NCBI GenBank assembly: GCA_045597565.1
Contig: JAZLKJ010000078.1
Coordinates: 1,232 to 65,231 of the forward strand
Direction: 5' to 3'
Length of the DNA stretch: 64,000 nucleotides
Source: Prevotella sp.
GTDB lineage: Bacteria; Bacteroidota; Bacteroidia; Bacteroidales; Bacteroidaceae
The translations under genes and the position numbers were made by a program. Positions 41,101 to 47,567 of this stretch are shown piece by piece (position 1 is the first letter of the stretch; the number at the start of each line of letters is the position of its first letter). A model generated the notes under the pieces. The model saw nothing but the letters and a program-made list of their open reading frames with translations. It made no database searches and was not told the origin of the DNA.

Positions 41101-42501
41101 CTGCCAGACAACCTGAAGACATTTGTTTGTTACAAGACTGACCGTGACATCCTCGGCAACCCACGTCTCCTTGCTGGTGTAACAACCGATAGCAAGATTG
41201 ACCGTGGTGCATTCGAGACATGGAAGGTTGAGAACGATTGGCACACTGGTCATGATAACTCTATCAAGCAGCAGAGTGGTTATGAGACAGCTGGCGAGGG
41301 CACTTACCTCGACGACATCAAATATACCTTCTATCCACACGCTGGTTCTGCAGTATATCTGATGGAAGGCAAGTACATCGTCCTTGATGCTCCTGGTGCT
41401 GGTTACGACGAGACAACTTCAAACCCTGGCTTCCTCCTCGTGAAGGATGGTGCAAACCTCTACACTAACGGTCGTCACACTACAGTGGCTTACGTAGCCG
41501 TAGAGCGCAAGGTTAAGAAGAATGGTTCTATCGTGGCATTGCCATACGAGATGAAGTACGGTAAGGGCGTAGCAACAGTCGGAAAAGACGGTACTGACCT
41601 CCTTCTTACTTCAACAACAGGTTCTGCATACCAGTACAGTGGCGGCGATCGTTCTGCATGGGATTATATCTTCAATGAAGGCAAGACTCCAGAAGGCTCT
41701 GTTTGCTGGAAGGGTGTCTCTGAAGCAAGCAGCACAAAGGCTAACGCCGGCGTACTCTACGCTCCTAACGCAGGTATCACATTCGATACAAACAGCGAGG
41801 CTCTCCTCCGCTTCACTGCTCAGGGCGCAGTCATCAACGACTACATCTACGAGGAGTATGGACCTACAAAGGCTGTCACTCTCACTCAGTATGATGATGC
41901 TCAGAGCACTAACAACGGCGCTGACTTCACAGACGAACTCGACATGGGTTGGAACTGTATCGGTGTTCCTTACCTCGTAAGTGAGTACAAGCCATATGAG
42001 AAGACTTCTCTCTCTGGTGATAACTACTCAATGAACATCCCTCACACTCTCTGGCTCTATTACGATGGAGTTCATACTCCTGACTATAATCCAGAGACAG
42101 ACGCAGCTGATTCTAAGCTTGTTGATGGTGACGGTGGTTACTACTCAGTAAAGGCTTGGAAGTCAGACGATGCTGATTGGCATGTTGCTGCAGGCACAAA
42201 GAAGGCTCTCTGGGTAGGTGAAGGCTTCTTCACTCAGACTGCTACTCTCAGTGATACAGAGAATCTCACATTCTATCGTCCTGTAGCTCCTCAGCTCGTT
42301 ACTGACGGCGGTCAGAACAACGCTCCTCGCATGAATGCTCGTTACTTCTACGATGCTAACGGCATTGAGGATGTCAACGACGACATGAACGGCAGCCGTC
42401 GTGGCGAAAGCGTCATCAAGTTCGTTCGTAACGGAAAGGTTTACATCCAGAAGAACGGCAAGACTTACACCGCTGCCGGACAGCTCGTAGAGGAACTTTA
42501 G
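29170..42501 (+). CDS. Giant (~4443 aa) secreted surface protein with seven pectin-lyase-like beta-helix modules and a C-terminal sorting domain
   Basis: Signal peptide from ATG 29170 (MSNLRFRLQLIAFALMLGFVSASA); repeated YV...G.SW...LQ.AI / VW...G.Y / GG(F/Y) starts, GGG(I/A)Y repeats, D.GA.E module ends; tail FVRNGKVYIQKNGKTYTAAGQLV. Confidence 0.85.
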   Translation: MSNLRFRLQLIAFALMLGFVSASAQNIRYVSMNGENSNDGTSWATAKRDVQDAINDLVNNNLTGEVWVAAGTYYPTETTESSSSPYHKSFKIPAGITVRGGFRGKVEADAEKEIEAYDGEASLADRHMEDDAFFGEAADDGKSEDTGKLDGEAAGSGVYSNKTILCGDLNEDKVADVTWNEQKQQFDVTFYGNSYHVVWFAMNGFDPDGRALPLASPAKLEGCVVKGGHAYTNDASDDHLHVGYGGGIYMVANSFVYNSEVKECDASRNGGGIYMDGGGIVRRTFVHDCQALGIGTEYGLGGGICEDATARNSKSNPIVVAQSAVTNCAARIGGGMALVADKAEGNNKYAIVANSTIVNNNTAQVEAGGVYTYKGGGLASMTIVRNKCNGSGITQNGVITGRSGGVYCRDAAYIGNIVIWGNECAANKDIQYADSRSSLASSEKTKFYYSALSNAEITDWSKTEKMGVLSLDEANTTTVANKGNKGYPLFEKPTESAGYLAAAVSDNTINWKVFSESALHHAGINTADLDYEGLTPAPQGVSYDMQFGVFNSRCTMGALVSEEPSINAKIDGDEAHFFVDPSYNFAAHHDQDAKGASWDLPTRFLGNVLEYVKRNASTTLNGKQIFVHVKQGTVDNTDSYQSGRVRTTSLDIPSNVTILGSYDKSLTSTNLDKRNVVRTPTVISGKLLNDYKYNIAHLINIKDASNVTLDGFQISYANAASTELGNTNKYGAAITIKGSTTGIKIKNIIVSNSQAEAGAAVYADASAADFENCIFHNNTTTQLANSGVVYATNGSALTFDHCDVLRNVGHASYLGSNNTTNVWNNSIFYGNMDRSLSDTNIDSNNSDPTTPGLNKNALAAFSGNTANASGSRCMFDAKSASFASKFGGGTIADGGDTGNKWQYNLQYAFIDGTGQGYPRFINPTKNAGVTEDGDQTYYGRATSFEPHNNNPIVNLASDASLGEDIIGITRNYGGLPDIGAVENHETDKAVEGENAYTDGQKKFGEVMYVRDYRNSDGTIDTDITNRDGTSWERAINGNGIYTLSGTRNVEDTESRSVFKGYRIKNNTNQLIVKSGTLTRTTNNAVGTVFMLCDENGNELPESADISTAKRLKDINTGNYLYLDFSGANYTFRTTANPLAAQAMVTFEKSGSNYKLKYTASNNQTRYIRNATAPASTSSTAWTFEKIHITEQVGLGTYTSTPYNYGSLKGLQYAVSKANIDYTDDPIRRSNPEKAKRQVWVGAGVYAKDPETGDHSCFIIKDGVDVYGAFPKTGNPGKDQRQALVSQYVLNNSSFNPEDYETILEPITKTIITGVTRRVLGQPVANNPRTWEENPLLKADYEGATWDGFTIRFGCTDMVARNTWGGRDGGGGACLYNNVKLVNCVVTNNTSVRQTTSNTDETNLRAGGVYMDGGTMASCYIINNLLAGMNVTSLIKGNAAYGGGAYMYNGTMYNCVVANNRIYANYADGAGLYFENATFFNNTVVNNKAEGNKSEIGGIAIYTDLDKIEGEVSLFNIYNSIILNNSGYKGANGGHENVAMRTNSGKMYLHNCITSNCTNYDSGDDKKIISYDETCKTLDNNKVNTLLVDCPITGYVDPSAGTGTFDTWNLRLDAGSALAINQGYDSPVLYGVTYDLTDYNDMDFAERIQDCRIDIGAYEFNGATAIAPQEVGDNQAIYYVTPEGYGTTNANDPENAACASKLQRVLDAAGRYKYLNPNKQVIVKVANSYDMANPKDADTEPTNFTYYATRTTDWTDQDVRVWSIIVPRGVEVWGGYTDIALNADGSEYKIDGERKWDNTHNGFTFDGTDRRNITKYPTYFDSYYVNKLEKTDAHTYHVVTFTDRIFDVNGYAYTKDDFYGKSAEDIRTIIQNGAASSYVELPGNDETLFAHMSEAIDGVSTGVTGNVINIGTLDAPVYASNRAVIDGIFVSGGQANASSSNTGTANINQYGGAALVNDYAYVRNCILTGNTATNGGALALTDRALVSGCLIMNNEAKNAGGGIYVFEEGTKLSNGTTIQSMQKVGDPTMDYRMAHVITSTIVNNKAQQGGGIWFTSDVNSNARFNSVAVWQNDAADQDNVHGMVNPEQPTEDETISEIFYPFAYSLIENIRASGTNNLEAMALNRQGVRFVNKAHDVGQTTVDQYDMAVEASSGDEFADFGYYGLTRYSTLCSNGMPKAMYNQLKEAIAIADVDFMNQGRIDDINNFVEIGARALPKRMPSNVLMLRLFVAHPEVVDTKTANQFMRLSAGEEPGGDKTSEAHKAWESKMYYSQMGSSFAYPFNFLQDAIDYITRARNGQIAGLKLKDGTAATSDLVRNLPFEIVLGSGTYYPRQSLSGATENVWAHTFAIPEGVTIIGGFNPEGGISASNPTYYGRYYQADKEKAAITDEGDIYANVKPIPSTIADKTANEVGRGNKYGAESVSLPAVGTAATAATGTEGQPGYVPAVPASSDYMPARTVKFQQWHIQDIADRRAMADNNKNGIIEPWEFANQTIISGNAVNGETDGVYHIMTAVADEDAVGRMPKVHKYNKDKDGNIVFTGYNSTTKEGDPSLETGYQWKEEGQQIRLNGLIITGGNALTYLSTALDDYGSYIFYQGAGLQVDGNRYKNNKNNNLTGKAVFHNSAAYGVGYRDIPVSVTNCQFRNNIAGYGGAISTNGSLSLFGSSFEQNLAIAATEKPEDGYKWYSWVNDQDHTGSGTEVKKVMYPGQGGAILATGQLSAFNTLFANNEARYEDEYEEATIAPVVHPTFRVPGGGTNSIRAAGGAIMMGSAGQHHIVNCDFVRNKANAYPAVFTMNPTYKQPDVVDTHSYSQIINTVAWGNEVNPDMLAKYSGNAAYKTASKLLVNIGKKERDPQYIKTKGGTGMYDPSFTDGNVPSKTDLDNTNADASGDWQESVWFCAYEDGVGFKPNNEKDLRDAIVYTAGRFAPKMIKDANNNTYQNCNMLIVADNNDVAGPNFGNPSVKAGFDGFMEGADWSPARFNRLTDNGNGWIKQTVTTTANDIEVTFNNDEALGTGYQGAYPYTHYISDIVPGQFPEYKLWIAIGNEKYMEATNDPETRELTINGTPINRSQKNIPRISPDPTMGVEKAYIDIGVYEYVKQPLLKPGSEVDILWVSTKEKPENGPANGATWKTPTSDLQRAIETLLSSRNGHKKEIRIMEGEYAPVTPKTIGGTKYNAFIIDTKSLNEGSIVPSSYATSPNKENYYAQSLTIKGGYSADIMYEYNPVEYKTVIRQGEAADGVNTDHLIYIADPTLRYYYEVGAGKQGYTDKNQDGAIYPLTGNHESNTAKSMPIQIDGVTLINNKSAAEADGSVIYYPDYADKVSNPNYDSEEPVDPVSNPKQIDGVKQAHSISVGGEIVYYTDKEHTQKSGNDGKDETDYPAIEDNTGEVIPNPAKIVITKTQIIGSGNTTSAEDVTKASAVYIGQNGGSALIYNTVFHSNYGMPLNAWNTVNVNNTFGLNAGKVQLQDATGVAVKSQMHNSALWKNNKTAEGYGDQFTGAASFSYNSYTGCTTDADNNTSLSDVNSNIAEGPNFVDPENADIEARNFDLKPSMRLLNKGSETATTGTYYTKIMHYYVGKVADVDKYANYDYALIPTTDVDVLNRDRFKNNIDRGAYEFQGSLYEILYVDPNKSHRDDATGENWNDAFGYGDLQNAIDLAAIYHATNPNKEAYVFVKGNSSTNKGENTNETITIRDGVTTYGSILSSNTNWHGIKKEDGTTPKYSSVDDYIRDIRLNREGVASTHANQTIVTGIKTADAAFNGTYVDTTDPENPVTYNVPAVIDGFVVTDPNGPTSPVLDITNTSENATIVVRNVIVADNDMSKAEGNVNVAQISNGLIYEALFRDNKPKGNGAVLKVGNNPEGTKTASTKTSGYAVNVTVEGKTIGADGTEPVDGDRESETQIYKSITNSIDGSKDGAYGKIINKGIFGYYYNIGRIGDSNKSTNADLNYQLSETSKYIDMCELDVDANGNPNFLPDNLKTFVCYKTDRDILGNPRLLAGVTTDSKIDRGAFETWKVENDWHTGHDNSIKQQSGYETAGEGTYLDDIKYTFYPHAGSAVYLMEGKYIVLDAPGAGYDETTSNPGFLLVKDGANLYTNGRHTTVAYVAVERKVKKNGSIVALPYEMKYGKGVATVGKDGTDLLLTSTTGSAYQYSGGDRSAWDYIFNEGKTPEGSVCWKGVSEASSTKANAGVLYAPNAGITFDTNSEALLRFTAQGAVINDYIYEEYGPTKAVTLTQYDDAQSTNNGADFTDELDMGWNCIGVPYLVSEYKPYEKTSLSGDNYSMNIPHTLWLYYDGVHTPDYNPETDAADSKLVDGDGGYYSVKAWKSDDADWHVAAGTKKALWVGEGFFTQTATLSDTENLTFYRPVAPQLVTDGGQNNAPRMNARYFYDANGIEDVNDDMNGSRRGESVIKFVRNGKVYIQKNGKTYTAAGQLVEEL

Positions 42502-42516
42502 TTACCTAACAGATTG

Positions 42517-42548
42517 AAAGGGGCGCGACCGCGAAGGTCGCGCCTTTT
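42517..42548 (+). terminator. Rho-independent terminator after the giant gene
   Basis: GGCGCGACC-GCGAA-GGTCGCGCC-TTTT. Confidence 0.8.
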
Positions 42549-42563
42549 GCATTTTGTACAGAC

Positions 42564-42661
42564 TATGGAGGTGTCCTGTTATGGAGGTGTCCTGCCCTCA
42601 GGACACCAAGGCCGCAATGGAAACGACGCCCATTAACGACTCCATGGGGCGTCGTTTCCAT
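42564..42661. repeat. Partial plus full REP copy and a second long palindrome
   Basis: TATGGAGGTGTCCTG occurs twice, the second completed as GGTGTCCTG-CCCT-CAGGACACC; ATGGAAACGACGCCC...GGGCGTCGTTTCCAT at 42617-42661. Confidence 0.75.
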
Positions 42662-42727
42662 ACTTCCCGCACGAGTTTTTTGTGCCTTAAGAATATTTTT
42701 TGAAAGAGAGTAAAGAAACATTTTTCT

Positions 42728-42841
42728 TGTTAAAACGCGCAAAAACATCAAAAATCTCTGTAATTTGTACGTTTCAACAATAATTTGTCGATTTATTTTA
42801 TGTATCCGAAACGCTTATTGGTGCTTTTTAACTTACCTTTG
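42728..42841 (+). promoter_or_regulatory. Operator copy 2 and -7 element
   Basis: TGTTAAAACGCGCAAA-N20-TTTGTACGTTTCAACA, TATGTATCCGAAACG, TACCTTTG at 42834. Confidence 0.75.
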
Positions 42842-42866
42842 CACCGCGAAATAAAAACGTAAGGCA

Positions 42867-42977
42867 ATGAGCATAGAAACAAAAAATAAGATCGGCTCCA
42901 TAATAAGCTACATGATTTTAGGAGTCTTGGCACTGACAATCCTATTGTCAATATTCTTGATTGTCTCAGAAAACTAG
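42867..42977 (+). CDS. 36 aa single-pass membrane microprotein A (not in ORF track)
   Basis: MSIETKNKIGSIISYMILGVLALTILLSIFLIVSEN; directly after a -7 box; paralog at 47711. Confidence 0.65.
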   Translation: MSIETKNKIGSIISYMILGVLALTILLSIFLIVSEN

Positions 42978-43047
42978 AAATATTGGAATATACATATATT
43001 ATATATAATAACGATAATAAAAACTAAACAGATATAAAAACAAACAA

Positions 43048-46000
43048 ATGATTATGAAAAAGTATTTACTCACATTATGCTTGACGATGCTCGCCGTCGT
43101 CTCCTCGTGGGCACAGTGGGCGATAGACGTTTCTACCGCACCTGTCTATGTTGAGGTTAATAATGGCAATGTCGGTGCAGGCGGTAATCCAAATGTACGC
43201 GATTTCACTATTACTACTCCTGATGGAAAGACGTACAACACAGACTTCACCATTCAAGCAGTAGAGGTGTTGCCTACTGGTGGTACAGTTAATCAGTATG
43301 CAACTGCTGCTGTGGCTCATGTATCTGATAATAACTATAAGGTTACATTTACACCTGTAGCTGTCGGCATCACACACTTCTACCTTCAGATTAAGGATAA
43401 TAGCGATAAAGTTGTATCTTCTACAGCGGCTATGCCTTTTGAGGTTAACGTCTTTGACATGACAAAGGCGCGCTACCTCATTAATCCTGGCAATCAGAAG
43501 ATAACCAAGAGCACAACAAAGATTCCTGTTAGCCTTGCTCCTGTGACTGCTACTTCTACAGCAGCAATTACCGCGGACAATTCTGAAGGAAGAATAACTC
43601 TTGGCTCTCCTGCATTCGTAGATGTAGATGCTGCTAACAATATTGTATATCTCTCAATCAATGCTGCATCTGCAAATATAGATGACGCAGTAACAATCAC
43701 TATCACTCCTCCAACTGGTTCTAAGGACCGTAACGGCAATGACGTTCAGCCAGTAGAATTCACTCTTACTGTTGACAAGCCAGAGTTCCCTATCACATAC
43801 CCTAGTCTTTTGACTGAATACCGTGTTGGTGAGAACTGGACTTCTACACTTAATGCTCCTGCTGGCTCTACATATAAAGTAGAATATTCTATCACTCCTG
43901 GCTATCCTGAAGATGTGATTGGTTTTGTATGGAACGAATCTGACAAAATCCACTCAAGCCTTACTACTAAGAAGGTTGGTAAAACACAGATTTGGACTAT
44001 TATCACTCCTATAGGTGGCACTGGTACCAATGGTGAAAACTGGGCTGATTACAGAGCTTGGATTCGTCCTCTCGACATTATTGTTCGTGAAGCTCTCTTG
44101 CAGCCTATACTTACTGCAACTCAGGGTGCTGGCGCAGATGGGGTTCCGGGCACTGATGATGATACTAATGAGTGGACACCAACTCTTAAAGTAAACATTG
44201 ACCCTAACAATGATGGTGAGGGCAATGCATTCTTTACAGGTGACCTTTCAGACCACTACACTGTTTCTTATTCTCTTGAAGGTGAGATTCCTGGAACTGC
44301 CGAAGTTAACCCAGCAACTGGTGTAGTAACTGTTACTAGCACAAACGCTGCACAGTCATTCTATCTCGTTGCTACCCTTACTCCTAATAAATCTGGTCTT
44401 TTGGGAGGTACAGCCAGAACCCCTATTGTCGTAACTGGTTCTCTGTCTCAGGGTGCTTACCTTTATAGGAATACTGATGATGACTGGACTGCATACACTG
44501 TAGATCCAGGTGTTCTTGGTACCAACATCTTTGCTAATTACCACATAATGGATAAGAATGCTAGTACTGGCGAGTTTGAAGAAGTTACAGTTGATGCTAC
44601 AAAAGCAACACTGCTCCAGAAGTTCAAGGATGCTACAACAATCACGGTGAAGGGTACTATCAGTAACTATAGCATTGCTCAGCTTGCGCACGCTATAGGT
44701 ACAGACTGGGATCACGTTAATCCTGATCGCCTCAAGACTCTCGACATGAGCGGTTGTATTATGGTAGATTGTTTTGATCCTTCAAAGTTCCCTGTAAACA
44801 GAGATGACTTTACAGAAGAGCCTACAAGCCGTAATCTTAACTTCGTAAACGTCAAGGAGTTCGTTCTTCCAAAACCAGCCATTGGCGTTGAAAACGGAAC
44901 AGTTCTCCCAGCAGAGTTCAACAGACTCTTTACGGATCAATATACAAATAATCATTCGAACATTGAGTCGCTTGTTATCCCAGAAGGATGGACTGAAATC
45001 GCAGATAACTTCTCTCGAATAAACTCTATCTGGGGTGCTACACCATACGAAAAGCTTACTAAGCTCAAGCTCCCTAACACAATGGAGAAGATTGGTGCTT
45101 TCGCATTCTCTGGCTTCCATGTGCAGGTGCTCACAATGCCTTACAACATCCACAGAATCAACGAGGGTGCATTTGCAACATCTCCTAATCTTCAGGATGT
45201 TTACTTCACAGGTCCTGCTCCAGAATTCGTTCATACACTTGCTTTCTCTGGCGTAACACAGATGTGTAATAATACCACAAAGGACCAGCAACTTAATGGA
45301 CGTGTTGACCCAGAAATCACCCGTTACGAGTACTACAACGGTACTAACCCACGTGTGCTTGCATGTATCCTCCACTTCCCAGAGCAGTATAGATCATATT
45401 ACACCGACGTAACACGTGAATATTTGAGAAGAACAGACGGTCATGAGTACCATAAGGGTAATGCCGATAATCAATACCTTCCTGAAGGTTGGAATCCTAC
45501 ATTCATCCAGCAGGTTAGAAATAAGAAGATTGACTATAATGCGTATGTAAGTGACAAGGTGAACTATGGTGCAAAGGATGCATACTATGGTCTTGACATG
45601 ATTTGGCCTTCACAGGACCAGATGTCAACAGGCTTCGCTATCGCTCAGGCTGGTTACCAGTGGAGCGGACAGCCTCTCAGAACTGCTGATCAGTATAACC
45701 CTAAGGCTACATACGCGCCTTCTGCCACAGACGAATTCGGAAGCTTGGTTGACCGCCGTGGTCTCTACCAGTTCATCATCGCTATGGGCAATGCTGATAT
45801 TCACTTTGAGTTTGAGTTGGAAAAGTGGTACACTATCGCAGTTCCTTTCAACATGAAGCCAGAGCAGATTAAGAAGGCGTTTGGTCCAGATACTCAGGTA
45901 TGTCGTTTCAGCAAGGTAACACGTGTAACAGAAGGCGATGACAAGCAGATTAAGCTTGAGTTCCGTAAGTCTGTAATGGGCGACATTACTGAAGGTGAGT

Positions 46001-46692
46001 ACTGTGGTACTTCATATAACAATGCAAAGGATGATCAAGACCAAGAGGAAATGAAACAGTATAATGGCCTCCATACAGGTATCATTCACCACTTCCCATA
46101 CATGATTAAGCCATCAGGCACTATTGATCTGGACAATAATGAATATTGCTCTCTTTATGATGATAAGTACCACTTCAATACTACTGCATTTGAAAGACTC
46201 TCAGGTACACTTCATGATGAGATTCTTACTCCATCAAATGGTGGTTCAGTAAAATATGTATTCGCTCCAATCCTCTCTGAGACTAAGATTAAGCCTAACA
46301 GCTATGTTCTTATCGAAGATAAAGATCTTGAAAAAACACATAAGTTCGCATTCTATAAGGGTAAGAAGTCAGGCGGTCAATATGTAGCTGGTGGTAGAGC
46401 AAGCCAGAACACTGCATACGTTCAGTTGAGTGAAGCTGACGGCAAGGCAGACTATTCTCTGTTCTTCGAGAGCATTGATCCTAACAAACCACAGAATACT
46501 GCTAAGATGTTCTCATTCTTTGGTGACGACTATGACGACGCTCCAACAGCTGTTGAGAAGGTTGTAATCGAATGCGGTCAGGATCAGGTTGTTGGCGGCA
46601 AGATCTACTCTATCAGCGGTCAGCTCGTAAGCGGCAGTCATCTCCCTGCAGGTATATATATTAAGAATGGTAAAAAGTATATCGTAAAGTAA
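43048..46692 (+). CDS. BspA-like leucine-rich repeat surface protein with Ig-like N-terminal region and T9SS-type CTD
   Basis: Signal peptide; LVIPEGWTEIAD, LKLPNTMEKIGAFAF, LTMPYNIHRINEGAF LRR_5-like repeats; WYTIAVPFNM; tail IYSISGQLV...GIYIKNGKKYIVK. Confidence 0.82.
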   Translation: MIMKKYLLTLCLTMLAVVSSWAQWAIDVSTAPVYVEVNNGNVGAGGNPNVRDFTITTPDGKTYNTDFTIQAVEVLPTGGTVNQYATAAVAHVSDNNYKVTFTPVAVGITHFYLQIKDNSDKVVSSTAAMPFEVNVFDMTKARYLINPGNQKITKSTTKIPVSLAPVTATSTAAITADNSEGRITLGSPAFVDVDAANNIVYLSINAASANIDDAVTITITPPTGSKDRNGNDVQPVEFTLTVDKPEFPITYPSLLTEYRVGENWTSTLNAPAGSTYKVEYSITPGYPEDVIGFVWNESDKIHSSLTTKKVGKTQIWTIITPIGGTGTNGENWADYRAWIRPLDIIVREALLQPILTATQGAGADGVPGTDDDTNEWTPTLKVNIDPNNDGEGNAFFTGDLSDHYTVSYSLEGEIPGTAEVNPATGVVTVTSTNAAQSFYLVATLTPNKSGLLGGTARTPIVVTGSLSQGAYLYRNTDDDWTAYTVDPGVLGTNIFANYHIMDKNASTGEFEEVTVDATKATLLQKFKDATTITVKGTISNYSIAQLAHAIGTDWDHVNPDRLKTLDMSGCIMVDCFDPSKFPVNRDDFTEEPTSRNLNFVNVKEFVLPKPAIGVENGTVLPAEFNRLFTDQYTNNHSNIESLVIPEGWTEIADNFSRINSIWGATPYEKLTKLKLPNTMEKIGAFAFSGFHVQVLTMPYNIHRINEGAFATSPNLQDVYFTGPAPEFVHTLAFSGVTQMCNNTTKDQQLNGRVDPEITRYEYYNGTNPRVLACILHFPEQYRSYYTDVTREYLRRTDGHEYHKGNADNQYLPEGWNPTFIQQVRNKKIDYNAYVSDKVNYGAKDAYYGLDMIWPSQDQMSTGFAIAQAGYQWSGQPLRTADQYNPKATYAPSATDEFGSLVDRRGLYQFIIAMGNADIHFEFELEKWYTIAVPFNMKPEQIKKAFGPDTQVCRFSKVTRVTEGDDKQIKLEFRKSVMGDITEGEYCGTSYNNAKDDQDQEEMKQYNGLHTGIIHHFPYMIKPSGTIDLDNNEYCSLYDDKYHFNTTAFERLSGTLHDEILTPSNGGSVKYVFAPILSETKIKPNSYVLIEDKDLEKTHKFAFYKGKKSGGQYVAGGRASQNTAYVQLSEADGKADYSLFFESIDPNKPQNTAKMFSFFGDDYDDAPTAVEKVVIECGQDQVVGGKIYSISGQLVSGSHLPAGIYIKNGKKYIVK

Positions 46693-46699
46693 ATTAATG

Positions 46700-46746
46700 T
46701 TCGCTCTGCGAGCGAGGCTAAAGGCTAAAAGCTGAAGGCTAAAGCT
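46700..46746 (+). repeat. TTCGC-hairpin plus GGCTAAA heptamer element
   Basis: TCGCTC-TGC-GAGCGA, then GGCTAAA GGCTAAA AGCTGAA GGCTAAA. Confidence 0.8.
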
Positions 46747-46776
46747 TGCAGAGCAAATAAGAAAGGAAATACAGAA

Positions 46777-46965
46777 ATGAAAAAAGTATATATAGCACCT
46801 GCACTGATATCGCATAAGATACGCGTCGAAGCCTTCCTCTTGTCAAAAAGTGAATTGAGAAATATTGACTGGGGTAATAATGGCGGAGGTCCAGACGTTC
46901 ATCAGACTGATATCCCTGTCATCGAGGATGATGAAGATGATGAAGATGAATGGTTCACAATCTAA
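46777..46965 (+). CDS. Small KKxYxxP-leader peptide with acidic tail (62 aa)
   Basis: KKVYIAPALISHKIRVEAFLL aligns with the peptide at 26712; followed by a REP and a terminator. Confidence 0.7.
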   Translation: MKKVYIAPALISHKIRVEAFLLSKSELRNIDWGNNGGGPDVHQTDIPVIEDDEDDEDEWFTI

Positions 46966-46982
46966 TCCCGCATATCGCAGTT

Positions 46983-47011
46983 GGTGCGCTGAGGGCAGCG
47001 CACCTCCCATA
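46983..47011 (-). repeat. REP hairpin
   Basis: Minus strand TATGGGAGGTGCGCTG-CCCT-CAGCGCACC. Confidence 0.75.
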
Positions 47012-47053
47012 CAACGAACGAAAATAATTGTTTGTTTATTTATATAAAGATGA

Positions 47054-47093
47054 GCCGCAGGTATTCCGTGAGGAATTGCCTGCGGCATTTTTT
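47054..47093 (+). terminator. Rho-independent terminator
   Basis: GCCGCAGGTATTCC-GTGA-GGAATTGCCTGCGGC-ATTTTTT. Confidence 0.8.
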
Positions 47094-47123
47094 ACCTCAT
47101 ATCTCATACCTCTTACCTCTTAC

Positions 47124-47244
47124 CTATGAGTGTTGCTTCGTTTTGCTATGAGTTTTGGTTCGTTTTGCTATGAGTTTTGGTTCGTTTTGCTATGAGTTTT
47201 GACTCGTTTTCCTATGACTTTTGAATCGTTTTGCTATGAGTTTG
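47124..47244. repeat. 22-bp tandem repeat, ~5.5 copies
   Basis: Unit CTATGAGTTTTGGTTCGTTTTG starting at 47124, 47146, 47168, 47190, 47212 and (partial) 47234. Confidence 0.9.
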
Positions 47245-47395
47245 TTTAGTATCCCGGTAATTCACGAATTAAATGCACGGTAATTCGCGTGAAAAAGAAG
47301 AAAAATTTAATAATAACTGCTTAACGTAAATGATCGTGAATTAAAACGCTAATTGGGACGTGAATTCTATGTTTAGTGAAGTATTTTACTCAAGT

Positions 47396-47552
47396 TTCGC
47401 AAGCTCCGCTCGCGAAGGGTAAAGGCTAAAAGCTAAAGGCTTAAGGCCTCCTTCCGAGAAAACAAAGGTCGAAGATTTATGAGTTGCTTACAAACCGCAG
47501 GTAGCCTTTAGCCTTTAACCTTTAGCTTTAAGCCTCAACTTGAGATTGCGAA
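47396..47552. repeat. Two convergent TTCGC/heptamer elements
   Basis: + copy 47396-47449 (TTCGCAAGC..GCTCGCGAA GGGTAAA GGCTAAA AGCTAAA GGCTTAA); - copy 47503-47552. Confidence 0.75.
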
Positions 47553-47567
47553 AGTTGAACATTTTAT

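Noticed and set aside
38767..41340. Long antisense ORFs (466 aa and 349 aa) and many shorter ones opposite large genes
   Set aside because: Shadow frames produced by strong codon bias of the sense gene; no recognisable motifs or promoters.
47124..47244. Possible CRISPR array
   Set aside because: Contiguous tandem units with no unique spacers.
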